Assembly (NCBI GenBank): GCA_004297205.1
Contig: SCUL01000002.1
Location: 594,893-658,892, forward strand
Length of the DNA stretch: 64,000 bases
Reading direction: 5' to 3'
DNA from: Patescibacteria group bacterium
GTDB taxonomy: Bacteria > Patescibacteriota > Patescibacteriia > 2-12-FULL-57-11
The notes under the pieces were generated by a model. It searched no databases. It had not been told where the DNA came from and saw only the letters and a list, made by a program, of their open reading frames with translations. Position 1 is the first letter of the stretch. The number at the start of each line of letters is the position of its first letter. Below, piece after piece: positions 16,556-28,680 of this stretch. The position numbers were made by a program, and so were the translations under genes.

Positions 16556-17959
16556 TCACGCCGCGTGGTAGACGCGCTCCTTGAGGAGGGACAAATCTTG
16601 TCGCAGCTTCTCATCCTTCTCGACCATCAGGCCGATCTTCGTACAGGCGTGGATGGCGGTGGTGTGGTCGCGGCCGCCGATCTCGGAACCGATGGCCGGG
16701 AATGAGGCTTTCATCTCTTCGCGCATCAGGAACATCAGGACCTGGCGGGGGAAGGCCAGCTTCTTTTCGCGGCTCTTGCCGAGCAGGTCATCGATCTTCA
16801 GGTCGTAGTAGGCGGCGACGGTGGCGATCAGCTGGCGCGCCGTGATCGTTTTTTTGGCTGGGTTGACGGAATAGCTGGAGATGATGTTTTTCACTGTCTC
16901 GACCGTCGGCGGAATGTTCTTGAACTGGTGGTAGGCGTGGATCTTGTTGAGGGCGCCTTCGAGCTCGCGGACGTTCGAGGTCACCCCGGCGGCGATCGTC
17001 GTCAGGATGTCGTCCGAGAGGTGCACGCCCTTCTCCTGGCACTTGGAGCGCAGAATGGCGATGCGGGTTTCGAGGTCCGGCGGGCTGACGTCGATGACCA
17101 TGCCCATCTCGAGCCGGCTCACCAGCCGCTCTTGAATGGTGGGGATGCTCTTGGGCGGACGGTCCGAGGACAGCACCACCTGGCGGTTCTCCTGGTGGAG
17201 GGCGTTGAAGGTGTGGAAGAACTCCTCCTGAGTGGATTCTTTGTTGGCCAGGAATTGGATGTCATCGACGATCAGGAGATCCACGGTCCGGTAGCGGTCC
17301 TTGAACTCCTTGGCCAAACCGGCGCGGACCGCGGCGATGTAGTCATTCGTAAACTGCTCGCTGGAGACGTAGAGCACCCGTGCGCCGGGGTTCTTTTCCA
17401 GCATTTTGTTGCCGATGGCCTGCAGCAGGTGGGTTTTGCCGAGTCCGACGCCGCCGTGCAGGTAGAGCGGGTTGTATTTTCGCCCCGGCGCGTCGGCCAC
17501 GGCCTGGGCCGCGGCGTGCGCCAGCTCGTTTCCTTTGCCGACGACGAAGCTCTCAAAGGTGTAGTGGCGGCGGAAGCCGCGCTCACCGGCCGGCTCCGTC
17601 TCCATGGCCTGCGGCATCTCGGGCATGGCCGGGACGTCGGTCACGGCGACGGCCTGCGAGACCGTTATCGCGGCCTGGGTGCGCATCGGCTCGCCCGCGC
17701 TGCGCGTCTCGACGCGGTACTGCACGTCGCGGATCGGGGCATTCAAAATGTTCTGGAGCGCTTTCAGGATTGCTGAGTGGTACTTCTTTTCAAGCCAGGC
17801 CTTCGTGAAGGCGTTGGGGACCGAGATCGTGATCCGCGCTTCCTCCATCTCCGAGATGAAGGTGCTCTTGAACCAGGTTGTGAAATTGGCCTTGGACAGG
17901 GCGAGTTCCAACTCCCCGAGCGCCGCCTGCCAGAGTTGTTGCGGGGTCATGGACGTCAT
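16556..17959 (-). CDS. dnaA: Chromosomal replication initiator DnaA
   Basis: YTFESFVVGKGN, YNPLYLHGGVGLGKTHLL, LLIVDDIQF, NVRELEGAL, GGRDHTTAIHA. Confidence 0.98.
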   Translation of the reverse strand: MTSMTPQQLWQAALGELELALSKANFTTWFKSTFISEMEEARITISVPNAFTKAWLEKKYHSAILKALQNILNAPIRDVQYRVETRSAGEPMRTQAAITVSQAVAVTDVPAMPEMPQAMETEPAGERGFRRHYTFESFVVGKGNELAHAAAQAVADAPGRKYNPLYLHGGVGLGKTHLLQAIGNKMLEKNPGARVLYVSSEQFTNDYIAAVRAGLAKEFKDRYRTVDLLIVDDIQFLANKESTQEEFFHTFNALHQENRQVVLSSDRPPKSIPTIQERLVSRLEMGMVIDVSPPDLETRIAILRSKCQEKGVHLSDDILTTIAAGVTSNVRELEGALNKIHAYHQFKNIPPTVETVKNIISSYSVNPAKKTITARQLIATVAAYYDLKIDDLLGKSREKKLAFPRQVLMFLMREEMKASFPAIGSEIGGRDHTTAIHACTKIGLMVEKDEKLRQDLSLLKERVYHAA

Positions 17960-18165
17960 CGTGCGGGGGCCACGGGGGGATGAATGACGGGACTGGGGAA
18001 AACTCGGAAAAGACTTGATTTTCAGCGGTAAAATGGCACGTGGAAGTGTAACACGGGGCGCGACTCGGTCAACTATGCACAGGAGCGCTCAAAGTGTTGA
18101 AAAGATGTGGATGGTATGTGTATGATGGTGCCACTCGTTCGCTGATCGAGGCAAGAACCCTACAT

Positions 18166-18306
18166 ATGCCGAAGCGCACATATCAGCCGAAGAAGCGGAA
18201 GCGCGCACGTACCCACGGATTCCGGGTCCGTATGCGGACCAAGAACGGCCGAAAAGTGCTGAAGAGCCGCCGCGCCAAGGGCCGTAAGCGCGTGAGCGTT
18301 CAGTAG
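18166..18306 (+). CDS. rpmH: 50S ribosomal protein L34
   Basis: [23 protein letters not shown]...RRAKGRKR. Confidence 0.97.
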   Translation: MPKRTYQPKKRKRARTHGFRVRMRTKNGRKVLKSRRAKGRKRVSVQ

Positions 18307-18344
18307 AGACGGGGGCGGGGGGTTTCCCGCCCTTCGTCGTTTCT

Positions 18345-18692
18345 ATGTTGTCCGCCGACTTCCGCCTCCGTAAGAAGACCGACATCGACCGGGTCTGGAA
18401 AAAGGGCCGGAGCTTTGCCACACCTCTTTTTTCGCTGAAGATAGCCAAAAACGACCTTCCGGTGAGCCGCTTTGCCGTGGTCATCGGCACCAAGGTCAAC
18501 AAGCGGGCGGTGGTTCGAAATCTGGCCAAGCGTCGGTTGCGTGAGGCCATCCGGCTCCTCGGACCGCGGATCGTGGCCGGGCAGGACGTCATCGTCATGG
18601 GACGCGGCAAGATCGCGGACACCACCTACGACGAGATCAGTCGCACCATCCGTTTCGCCTTCGAAAAGAGCGGTCTCCTGAAGAACGTATGA
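18345..18692 (+). CDS. rnpA: Ribonuclease P protein component
   Basis: [27 protein letters not shown]; synteny with rpmH. Confidence 0.95.
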   Translation: MLSADFRLRKKTDIDRVWKKGRSFATPLFSLKIAKNDLPVSRFAVVIGTKVNKRAVVRNLAKRRLREAIRLLGPRIVAGQDVIVMGRGKIADTTYDEISRTIRFAFEKSGLLKNV

Positions 18693-18931
18693 TCCGCGCC
18701 GGCGTGCTGCTCGGCATCCGTCTCTACCAGCGGACGCTGTCCATCGACCACGGCCTGCTCCGGTTCGTCTATCCGGGCGGCGCCTGCAAGTTCTATCCGA
18801 GCTGCTCTGAGTACGGTTACCGCTCCATTGAGCGCTTCGGCCTCGTGCGCGGTTCCTGGTTGGCAGTGAGACGTGTTCTGCGCTGTCACCCCTGGAGTCC
18901 GGGCGGGGTCGACGAGATTCCGGAACACTAA
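18689..18931 (+). CDS. yidD: Membrane protein insertion efficiency factor YidD
   Basis: [26 protein letters not shown]. Confidence 0.93.
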   Translation: MIRAGVLLGIRLYQRTLSIDHGLLRFVYPGGACKFYPSCSEYGYRSIERFGLVRGSWLAVRRVLRCHPWSPGGVDEIPEH

Positions 18932-18940
18932 ACGTCCCGC

Positions 18941-19267
18941 CTAGGCGGGACGTTTTTCGTCTGTCTTCTGCGGTTTTTCCGGCTTCTCCCGGGCGGCCTG
19001 GGGAACGTATCGGGCGAAGCGTTCCTCGAGGTGCTCCGGCTCCAGATTCCATATCTGGAGCGTCTTCAGCCGGTCACCTTCGCCGTACTGAATCTTGATG
19101 GTCGAGGCTGGCAGGTGGAGTTTTTCGGCGAGGAGACCGATCAGCGCTTCGTTTGCCCTGCCGTCTTCAGGCGCGGCCGTGACCGAGACCTTGAGCCGGT
19201 CGCCCTCCCAACCCCAAATCTTGTTGGCGTGCGAATGCGGACTGAGTTTGATTTTGAGCGTGGTCAT
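18941..19267 (-). CDS. DUF167/YggU family protein
   Basis: LKVSVTAAPEDGRANEALIGLLAEKL...G...RLK. Confidence 0.88.
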   Translation of the reverse strand: MTTLKIKLSPHSHANKIWGWEGDRLKVSVTAAPEDGRANEALIGLLAEKLHLPASTIKIQYGEGDRLKTLQIWNLEPEHLEERFARYVPQAAREKPEKPQKTDEKRPA

Positions 19268-20037
19268 ATTGTGCGGCGGACAAGAGCGAGCAACTTGTTG
19301 TGGAGATGGCCGTTGGAGACGATCAGGGTGCGGACGATGCGCCCCGGCATCCAGGCGCGGCCCGCCTCATCCGTTACGATGCCTCCGGCCTCCTCCACGA
19401 GCAAGACCCCCGGAGCGATGTCCCAGGGCTTGGCACCGCTGTAGATGAAGCCTTCAACGGTCCCGGCCGCGACCATGCCCAATTCAAAGGCCGCCGAGCC
19501 AAACATGCGGCAATAGCGGATTTTTGGGTGGAGGACGGCGTAGAGCTTGGCACCGCGGCGCATCTCCGCCGGGCTATAACCGTGGCAGAAAATCAGGGTC
19601 GACTCGGAGAGCCTCTTCCTGTTGGAAACATGGATGCGCTTGCCGTTACGCCAGGCGCCCTTGCCGCGCACGGTCGAGAACAGGTCGCCTGACATCGGGA
19701 GTGCGCTGACCCCGACCGTCGTCTCGCCGGCCTCGATGCGCGCGATGTTCACGCCCCAGATCGGCGTGCCGTGCGTGAAGTTGGTGGTGCCATCGAGCGG
19801 ATCGACGATGAAACCGGTATCGAAGCGTCCGTCGGGCAGGCGTTGCTCTTCGGACATGATTGTCGCCCCCTTCACGTGCGCCCGCAGCCGACGCGTGATC
19901 AGCTTGTCGGCGGCAAGATCAGCCACGTTCACGATCTCCTTGTGCGCCTTGAAACGAATATGATTGCCCGGCCGCAGGAAATACGACGTGAGCAGTTTTC
20001 CAGCCTCTTTGGCTGTTTTTTTAAGGAATCCTTGCAT
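19264..20037 (-). CDS. suhB: Inositol monophosphatase family protein
   Basis: IVDPLDGTTNFTHG, GSAAFEL, PWDIAPGVLLVEEAGG. Confidence 0.88.
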   Translation of the reverse strand: MQGFLKKTAKEAGKLLTSYFLRPGNHIRFKAHKEIVNVADLAADKLITRRLRAHVKGATIMSEEQRLPDGRFDTGFIVDPLDGTTNFTHGTPIWGVNIARIEAGETTVGVSALPMSGDLFSTVRGKGAWRNGKRIHVSNRKRLSESTLIFCHGYSPAEMRRGAKLYAVLHPKIRYCRMFGSAAFELGMVAAGTVEGFIYSGAKPWDIAPGVLLVEEAGGIVTDEAGRAWMPGRIVRTLIVSNGHLHNKLLALVRRTI

Positions 20038-20039
20038 AT

Positions 20040-20873
20040 CTAGCCGTCACGGAATTTTTTGAGCAGCGCCAAATCCTTCTTCAAGGCGTCGTCCCAGGGG
20101 GTTTCAAGCTGAAACAACCAGTGCTTGAGTTTGGGGTGCTGGACGAGCGCCTTGAAGCCGTCGAGGCCGATGTGGCCCTCGCCCAGATGTTCGTGTCGGT
20201 CCTTCTTGCCGTTCAGCTCGACCTTGGAATCGTTGCAGTGCGTCATGGGCACGCGCTCGAGGCCGATCGTGGCGTCGAGTTTCTTTACGGTCGCGTCGAC
20301 CGCGGCTTTGGTGCGCAGGTCGTAGCCAGAGGCGAAGGCGTGTTGTGTATCGAAACACACGCCGAGCTTTTTTACTTTGATCTTGTCGAGGAACATGGCG
20401 ATCTCCTCGAAATTATCGCCCATGACCATGCCGGAGCCGGCGGAGATTTCGATCAAGAGCTGCGTCGAACCTTTGTAACCCTTCAAAACTTCCTTGATGC
20501 CCTCGATGGTGGCTTTGTGGGCCTCTTTTTCCCCCATGTCCTTGGCCGAACCCGGGTGGAACATGACAGAGGCGGCGCCAAGCAGCGAGCCGCGTTCCAG
20601 CTCGTCGCGCACCACGGCGACCGAGCCGTGGCGGATGCGGGGCGTGGCCGAGGCGAAATTGATGAAGTAGGGCGCGTGGATCACGAACTCCTTGAAGCCG
20701 CACTCCTCATGCGTCTTCCGGAATTGCTGGATCAGCTCCTTGGTGAGTTTTGGGGCGGGGCCGCCCTGCGGCGGACGGGAAAAGATCTGGTACGTCTCGC
20801 AGCCCAGCTCTTTGGCATTCAGCGGAGCGTTCCAGAGCCCGCCCGCAGCCGACACATGCGCGCCGAATTTCAT
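20040..20873 (-). CDS. nfo: Endonuclease IV
   Basis: GAHVSAAGG, HAPYFIN, FHPGS, CFDTQH, HCNDSK, DRHEHLGEG, LETP. Confidence 0.95.
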   Translation of the reverse strand: MKFGAHVSAAGGLWNAPLNAKELGCETYQIFSRPPQGGPAPKLTKELIQQFRKTHEECGFKEFVIHAPYFINFASATPRIRHGSVAVVRDELERGSLLGAASVMFHPGSAKDMGEKEAHKATIEGIKEVLKGYKGSTQLLIEISAGSGMVMGDNFEEIAMFLDKIKVKKLGVCFDTQHAFASGYDLRTKAAVDATVKKLDATIGLERVPMTHCNDSKVELNGKKDRHEHLGEGHIGLDGFKALVQHPKLKHWLFQLETPWDDALKKDLALLKKFRDG

Positions 20874-20918
20874 ATGTGGCCATGATAGCAGAAACCCCGC
20901 CGGGTGGCGGGGTTCCGC

Positions 20919-22202
20919 TTACTGCACGATCAGGTCGCGCAGGAACTCGATGGTCTTCCTATTGCGCATCCGGATCTTCAAGGACTCCGCATAGTCCGGC
21001 GAGGAGACGTACTTCTGCGCCTCGGGGTCGTGCTTGTAGTGGTTCACGGCTTCCTCGACCTGCTTGATGACCTCGGCATCGTCAGCCTCGATCTTTTCGG
21101 CCCGGCCGATGTCGCGGATGACGATGGCCGTCTTGATGCGCTTCACGGCCTGCGGCGCAAAGTCGAGCTGGATGTCCTGGCGCGACTTCTTCAGGCTGCG
21201 CAGGTATTCGCCGAACTCCATGCCGCGCTCCTTGAGCGAGGCTTCAAGTTCTTCAACCATGCGCGTCGTCTCCTGGGTCACGAGCTGGTCCGGAATGTCG
21301 TCGAAGGTCGTGCCGTCCACGATCTTCTCAAGCATCTCGAGTTCGACGCGCTGTTCCTCCTTTTCTTTCGCCTCCGACTCCAGATTATTCTTGAGGAGGC
21401 TCTTCAGTTCCGTCACCGTTTTTTGGCCCAGGGTGGCGGCAAAGGCATCGTCGAGCGCCGGCGGCGTCAGTTCGACGACCGAGCCGACCTTCACTTTGAA
21501 CTCCACGTTCTTGCCGGCGATGTTTTTCTGGAAGTGGTCGGCCGGGAAGGGGAGCGTGAAGGTCTTCTCGTCGCCTTTCTTGAGCCCCACGAGCTGGTCG
21601 GTCAGTCCGGGGACATAGGCCTCTTCGGACAGTACGACGCCGTGGTTCTGGGTCTGCCCGCCGTCGAGCGGGACGTTGTCGAGGAACATATGCATGTCCA
21701 CGACAATTTTGTCCGTGCCCGCGGCCGGACGGTCGACTTCCTGTTCCTTCGTTTGCATGCGGCGCAGCTCGTCGAGCGTGCGGTCCATGTCGGCGTCCGT
21801 GACTTCCGTCGGTTTGCGTTTCACCGTGAGGGAGCGGTAGTCGGCGAGCTTCGAGATGCCGGGCAGGGTCGGTGCGACCGCCTTGTAGACGAGCGGGTTG
21901 CCTGGCGCGAAGGTCACCAATTCGATCTTCGGCTGGCCGACCGTGGCCAGGTTCTCCTGCATGATGGCTTTGACGAAGCTGTGGCGGACGATGTCTTCGG
22001 CCGCCTCCTGCCAGATGGCCATCTCGCCGGTCTTGGCTTTGACGACGTCGTAGGGCGCTTTGCCCGGCCGGAAGCCATCGAGTTTCATCTGCTCGGAGAT
22101 GCGCGCCGCGGCGTTTGCGAGCTCCGACTGGATCTCGGCCGCCTCGAGCGTGATCGTCAGTTCGACTTCGGATTTGGGGAGTTTTTTGATGGAAACCTGC
22201 AT
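20919..22202 (-). CDS. tig: Trigger factor
   Basis: GFRPGKAP signature, FKBP-like middle domain; start MQVSIKKLPKSEVEL. Confidence 0.95.
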   Translation of the reverse strand: MQVSIKKLPKSEVELTITLEAAEIQSELANAAARISEQMKLDGFRPGKAPYDVVKAKTGEMAIWQEAAEDIVRHSFVKAIMQENLATVGQPKIELVTFAPGNPLVYKAVAPTLPGISKLADYRSLTVKRKPTEVTDADMDRTLDELRRMQTKEQEVDRPAAGTDKIVVDMHMFLDNVPLDGGQTQNHGVVLSEEAYVPGLTDQLVGLKKGDEKTFTLPFPADHFQKNIAGKNVEFKVKVGSVVELTPPALDDAFAATLGQKTVTELKSLLKNNLESEAKEKEEQRVELEMLEKIVDGTTFDDIPDQLVTQETTRMVEELEASLKERGMEFGEYLRSLKKSRQDIQLDFAPQAVKRIKTAIVIRDIGRAEKIEADDAEVIKQVEEAVNHYKHDPEAQKYVSSPDYAESLKIRMRNRKTIEFLRDLIVQ

Positions 22203-22236
22203 AGCGTTCGGAGTGTATGCGCGCGGAAGCGCCGCG

Positions 22237-22872
22237 TCAACCCACCAGCTCCAGACCGATCTGGTACTTGCTGCGTTCCACTGGCATGAGGCTGAAATGC
22301 CGGCCGATGATCTTTGCCACCGCTTCGACGGTCTCGGCGGTCGCGCCCTCTTCGGCCTCGACCTCGAGGTCATAGCGCTCGGCCGTGCCACGCGGACCGA
22401 TGAAGGTGGAACTGCCGAAGGTGGCGTTCCAGACGCCGCCGTCGCGGATGCCATGAAGCGCCCAGAAGACCTTGGAGACGCGGATTTGTTCGGTCATCGG
22501 CACTTCGCCGACCGCCTCGCGCACCAGGTCCATCGGCTTCGCCAGTTTTTTCCAACGCACCGCATCCATGGCTTCGGCCGGCGGCATCACTTCTTCGATT
22601 TCCGTCCGCGTCCGACGGTCGTCCGTGTTCTTTTTCACGGTCAGTTTGGCGCGCTCCGAGGAGGCGATGCCGACCCGCAGCAACATGCCGGCGGCGAGCA
22701 GCTTGCGGTCCGGCGTGTCGAAGTAAAAGTCGTAGCGCACGAGCGGTCCCACGAACGTCGAAATTTCGAGGCCGGGAATGGCCCGCGCCTCGGCCGCGGC
22801 AAGAATCGTATCGAACCCGGCGCGGTCCGGGATGGCGAGCTTCACTTCGATCTCCAGGTTGTTGTAGGCCAT
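22237..22872 (-). CDS. CYTH/triphosphate tunnel metalloenzyme
   Basis: EIEVK, YFDTPDRKL, LRV, LTVK, RTEIE, LEVE, SKYQIGL. Confidence 0.85.
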   Translation of the reverse strand: MAYNNLEIEVKLAIPDRAGFDTILAAAEARAIPGLEISTFVGPLVRYDFYFDTPDRKLLAAGMLLRVGIASSERAKLTVKKNTDDRRTRTEIEEVMPPAEAMDAVRWKKLAKPMDLVREAVGEVPMTEQIRVSKVFWALHGIRDGGVWNATFGSSTFIGPRGTAERYDLEVEAEEGATAETVEAVAKIIGRHFSLMPVERSKYQIGLELVG

Positions 22873-23012
22873 ACCGCGGCAGTGTATCGGCGACGGAGTA
22901 AAAAAAGAAGACCGCGACACGCTGTCGTGTGCGGCCCGAGTGTTCATACGAAAACGCCCGACCGTGAGGCCGGGCGTTTGCCCGCTTCTCCCTCTGCGGA
23001 GGGGGAGGAGTT

Positions 23013-25007
<1,995 letters not shown>

Positions 25008-25117
25008 AGCCGAAACCGAACGTGTACAATGACGTGAGTAAGAAAAGGCCCGGAAACATGGGCACGACGCCCTTCATGATAGGAACCGCACCCCGGACTG
25101 TCAACGCGACCCGCCGC

Positions 25118-25726
25118 ATGAGCGCCCCGACCTTCGCCGTGGAAAAAGCCTGGTACGCCCGCGGCGCGCGGCTGATTGTGGGCGTCGACGAGGCCGGCGC
25201 CGGGGCCTGGGCCGGGCCGATTGTGGCCGCTGCCGCGTCTGTTCCCCTGGATTCCCGGCTGGGCGGCATCCGTGACTCGAAGCTCCTGACCGCCGCCTCC
25301 CGGGAAGAGCTTTTGGCGGGTTTCGCGGCCCGTGGCATCCGCGTTGCCACGGCCGAGGCGAGCGTCGAGGAGATCACGCGGCTGGGCCTGCGACCCGCCA
25401 ACCTGTTGGCGCTCAAGCGCGCCGTCGAAGCCTTTGGCGAAATGCCGGATGCCGTGCTCGTGGATTGGTACCGCATTCCTGGGCTGGCCGCGCCGCAGGA
25501 AGCGTACGTTCGCGGCGACCGGCGCGTGAAATCCATCGCCGCCGCATCCATCGCCGCCAAGGTGACGCGCGATCGGCTGATGGCCGAGGCCGACCTGCAG
25601 TACCCTGGATATGGTTTCGGTGTACATAAGGGATATGGGACGGCCGCGCACCGGGCCGCACTGGCCGTCCGCGGCGCCTGCTTGCTCCACCGGATGACCT
25701 TTGCCCCATTGACGCCCTACCGTTGA
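25118..25726 (+). CDS. rnhB: Ribonuclease HII
   Basis: GVDEAGAGAWAGP, RDSKLL, VRGD, SIAAASIAAKVTRD, HKGYGT. Confidence 0.93.
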   Translation: MSAPTFAVEKAWYARGARLIVGVDEAGAGAWAGPIVAAAASVPLDSRLGGIRDSKLLTAASREELLAGFAARGIRVATAEASVEEITRLGLRPANLLALKRAVEAFGEMPDAVLVDWYRIPGLAAPQEAYVRGDRRVKSIAAASIAAKVTRDRLMAEADLQYPGYGFGVHKGYGTAAHRAALAVRGACLLHRMTFAPLTPYR

Positions 25727-25804
25727 CCGCCCCCCGTTTTCCTGCTATGGTATGACCGCTGAAGCGAAAAAGGCCCGGGTAAATTGGCTCAACAGAGCGA
25801 TTTC

Positions 25805-27157
25805 ATGGCCCACCGCGTCAAAACTCTACTGATTTCTGCTGCCGCCCGCACCCTCGGGTGGCTTTCTGCTTCCGAAGGGGGTCTTCGAAAAATCGCTGAG
25901 TTGGGTGCAAAACCGATCTTTGCCCTGGGCCGCCTCGGATTCCGCTTCGTATTCGTGCCGCTGTATGCCGTGGGGTATGCGCTGAAGCGCGCGCTGCGGC
26001 GCGTCGCCAATCCGGCCAAGAATCGGGTCATGTTCGTGATGGCCAACCGCTACGTGGTGCATGTCCTGATCATCGCGATCGCCACGGCCACCTCCGCGGT
26101 CTCCCTGTATGCCCGCGAAGTCCGCGCCGAGAACCTGGGCGAGCAGAGCATCCTCTACAAGCTGGTGCGCGGCGAGGAGGCCGAGCTGACCGAGGAGACG
26201 GCTGAATCCACGCCGACCCACATCGTTTCCTATTTCGATCCGCCGGCCGTCGAAGCCCAACTCGACGTCGACGACATCACGGCGGAGGACTCCGCGGGCT
26301 TGGCCACGATCGGCGACGCCGCGATGGTGCAGCCGAACATCACGGAGACCGACGTGACGCCGACGGGCACCCGCACCAAACCGGAGACGTACGTGGTTCA
26401 GGACGGCGACACCCTCTCCGGCATCGCCAAGAAGTTCGGCGTGTCCATCAACACCATCCTTTGGGAGAACAAGCTGACCCCGCGGGATTTCTTGAAGCCC
26501 GGCCAGTCGCTGGTCATTCTGCAGACGACGGGGCTCACCCACACCGTGGCCAAGGGCGACACGCTCGGCCGCATCGCCGCGCGCTACGGCGTGACTGCCG
26601 ATGACGTCATTGCTGCGAACTCGCTGGCCTCGGCCGACGACCTGCGCGTCGGCGAGAAGCTGGTCGTGCCCGGCGGCCAGCCGCCGACCCCAGTCGTGGC
26701 GGTTGCGCCGCGTCCGACGCTCGCCGCGGTCCGGAAGATTCTGACCGTCGACCGCGGCGGCACGCCTCCGCCCAACGCGCCGGCGAGCTCCGGCCGCATG
26801 GTCTGGCCGACGTCGTGGCGCGTCATCACGCAGTACTACGGCTGGAAGCACACCGGCGTCGACATCGACGGCGATTACAACTCGCCGATCTACGCTTCCG
26901 AAGCGGGCGTCGTGACGCACGCCGGCTGGGGCCGCACCAAGGGCGGCTACGGCTACTACATCGACATGGACCACGGCGGCGGCATCAAAACCCGCTACGG
27001 CCACGCCTCGAAGATCTTCGTGAATGTCGGCGACCAGGTGGCGAAGGGCCAGACCATCGCCATGGTCGGCACGACCGGCCGTTCCACCGGCACCCACCTG
27101 CACTTCGAAGTGATGGTCAACGGCAAATTCACCAACCCCCTGCAGTGGGTCCGGTGA
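25805..27157 (+). CDS. LysM-domain M23 peptidoglycan endopeptidase
   Basis: Two LysM repeats (YVVQDGDTLSGIAKKFGVS; HTVAKGDTLGRIA), HTGVD, YGH, GRSTGTHLHFE. Confidence 0.93.
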   Translation: MAHRVKTLLISAAARTLGWLSASEGGLRKIAELGAKPIFALGRLGFRFVFVPLYAVGYALKRALRRVANPAKNRVMFVMANRYVVHVLIIAIATATSAVSLYAREVRAENLGEQSILYKLVRGEEAELTEETAESTPTHIVSYFDPPAVEAQLDVDDITAEDSAGLATIGDAAMVQPNITETDVTPTGTRTKPETYVVQDGDTLSGIAKKFGVSINTILWENKLTPRDFLKPGQSLVILQTTGLTHTVAKGDTLGRIAARYGVTADDVIAANSLASADDLRVGEKLVVPGGQPPTPVVAVAPRPTLAAVRKILTVDRGGTPPPNAPASSGRMVWPTSWRVITQYYGWKHTGVDIDGDYNSPIYASEAGVVTHAGWGRTKGGYGYYIDMDHGGGIKTRYGHASKIFVNVGDQVAKGQTIAMVGTTGRSTGTHLHFEVMVNGKFTNPLQWVR

Positions 27158-27206
27158 TGTAAGGTATACTTACGGCAGGCGTAGGATCCTTAGTAACCTT
27201 CTCCGT

Positions 27207-27506
27207 ATGAACAAACGCATCATAGTCGGCATCGCGATCGTTCTGTTGCTCGTGCTCGGCCTGGGCTACGTTGCTTACCAGACGATGAATGACGGCGCGA
27301 ACACCAACATCAACGCGGCTGCCACTAGCACCCCGGCGGCCAACGCCAATACGTCCGGCGGCGCGGCACTGAACGTGAACGCCGGCGTTAAAGTGAACAC
27401 CGGTGCCAAGACCAACGGTTCGATCAAGAACACCGGCGCGACCGGCCAATTGCCGACGACGACCGGCAGCGACATCAACGGCAACATCGGTCAGCCGATG
27501 TACTAA
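27207..27506 (+). CDS. Small membrane-anchored Asn/Thr/Ala-rich protein
   Basis: N-terminal TM helix followed by low-complexity NxNA/T tract. Confidence 0.65.
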   Translation: MNKRIIVGIAIVLLLVLGLGYVAYQTMNDGANTNINAAATSTPAANANTSGGAALNVNAGVKVNTGAKTNGSIKNTGATGQLPTTTGSDINGNIGQPMY

Positions 27507-27682
27507 AAAAGAAGAGACCGCGCGATGCGGTCGTGGCCGACCCTCCGGGGTCGGCTTTCGTTTACGCGCGCTCTACGAAGGGGAGCAGAAGCGTCGCAGG
27601 CAGGGCGCGGGCGCGGCGCGCCTGCTTGGGCTCCGGTCTTGATTTTTTCGTTGCAGCGCGTATGATCGCGGCCGGAGGAGAC

Positions 27683-28246
27683 ATGCAGATTGACCGGTTC
27701 CTGGTGCCGCTCGTTGCGCGGCTGCCTGGCTGGGTGACGCCGAACAGGATCACCGTCCTGCGCGGGCTGATGCTCGTGCCGATCGTGCTCGTGTATCCCA
27801 CGCATCCCCTCGTGGCCGGCTGGTGTTTCTACGTTCCGGCCATGTTGTTCGACGTGGTCGACGGGGCGCTGGCGCGCCACCGAGGCATCTCAAGCGAGAA
27901 CGGCGCCTTGCTCGACGCCACGGTCGACAAGGTGCTGCTCCACGGCCTCGTGTGGCTCTCCCTGTTGCCGCACGTCGGTATCCTGCTGGCGGTGCTGCTC
28001 GCGGGGCTCGATCTGGCGCTCACGGGGATCCGCCCCCTGAAGCGCTGGCGCGGACGGAGTCTGGAGGCCAACGTCTTTGGCAAGGCAAAAACGATCGTCA
28101 TGGCCTTTGGCGTCGGTTGGATCGTCTCCGATGTCCCGATCTGGATGAGCGGCGGCATCGTGCTGCTTTGGGTCACTGTGGGACTCGCCGTGCTCTCGCT
28201 GGTGGCCCATATCGGCGATTTCTTCGGGAAGCGGGACGCTTCCTGA
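27683..28246 (+). CDS. CDP-alcohol phosphatidyltransferase (PgsA-like)
   Basis: TPNRITVLR and DVVDGALARHRGISSENGALLDATVDK motif; GGAGGAG SD. Confidence 0.88.
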   Translation: MQIDRFLVPLVARLPGWVTPNRITVLRGLMLVPIVLVYPTHPLVAGWCFYVPAMLFDVVDGALARHRGISSENGALLDATVDKVLLHGLVWLSLLPHVGILLAVLLAGLDLALTGIRPLKRWRGRSLEANVFGKAKTIVMAFGVGWIVSDVPIWMSGGIVLLWVTVGLAVLSLVAHIGDFFGKRDAS

Positions 28247-28263
28247 GGTGGTCGCCGTCTTTT

Positions 28264-28665
28264 TTATCTCGCGAAGTAGGGGCTGAGCAGTTCGTCGCGC
28301 ATCATCAGCGCGACGTTGGCTTTGTAGCGTTTCCAAAAATGCGGATGATGGACCATCCAGACGACCCGGAACCATTGGCGGACCCGGCGCGGCGGCTCCT
28401 GATGATGCGCGAACTCGTGGGCGATGACGCGCAAAATTGCGTCCGTCTTGCGCGGCTTCATGGTCCGCGGCGTATAGAGGTCCACGGTCATGCTTTTCTC
28501 GCCGGGTTTGGTGTAGCCCAGGCGTAGGTAGTGGAACTTGCCTTTGCCGCGCGAGCGGCGGCGCAACGGCTTCAACTCGAAACCGGAAAAGCCAAAGAGT
28601 CCTTCCGCGCGGCGGAAGAGATGTTCGATCAGCGCTTCGTGGCGCGGGTCGAGGAGGTCGGACAT
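28264..28665 (-). CDS. Small zincin-like metallopeptidase domain protein (SprT/WLM-like)
   Basis: VIAHEFAHH followed by distal HHPHFW. Confidence 0.65.
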   Translation of the reverse strand: MSDLLDPRHEALIEHLFRRAEGLFGFSGFELKPLRRRSRGKGKFHYLRLGYTKPGEKSMTVDLYTPRTMKPRKTDAILRVIAHEFAHHQEPPRRVRQWFRVVWMVHHPHFWKRYKANVALMMRDELLSPYFAR

Positions 28666-28680
28666 GGCCACAGTGTACCG

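Noticed and set aside
25118-25726. RNase HII motif DEAGAG instead of DEAGRG
   Set aside because: Catalytic acidic residues are retained; a single substitution is insufficient evidence of altered function
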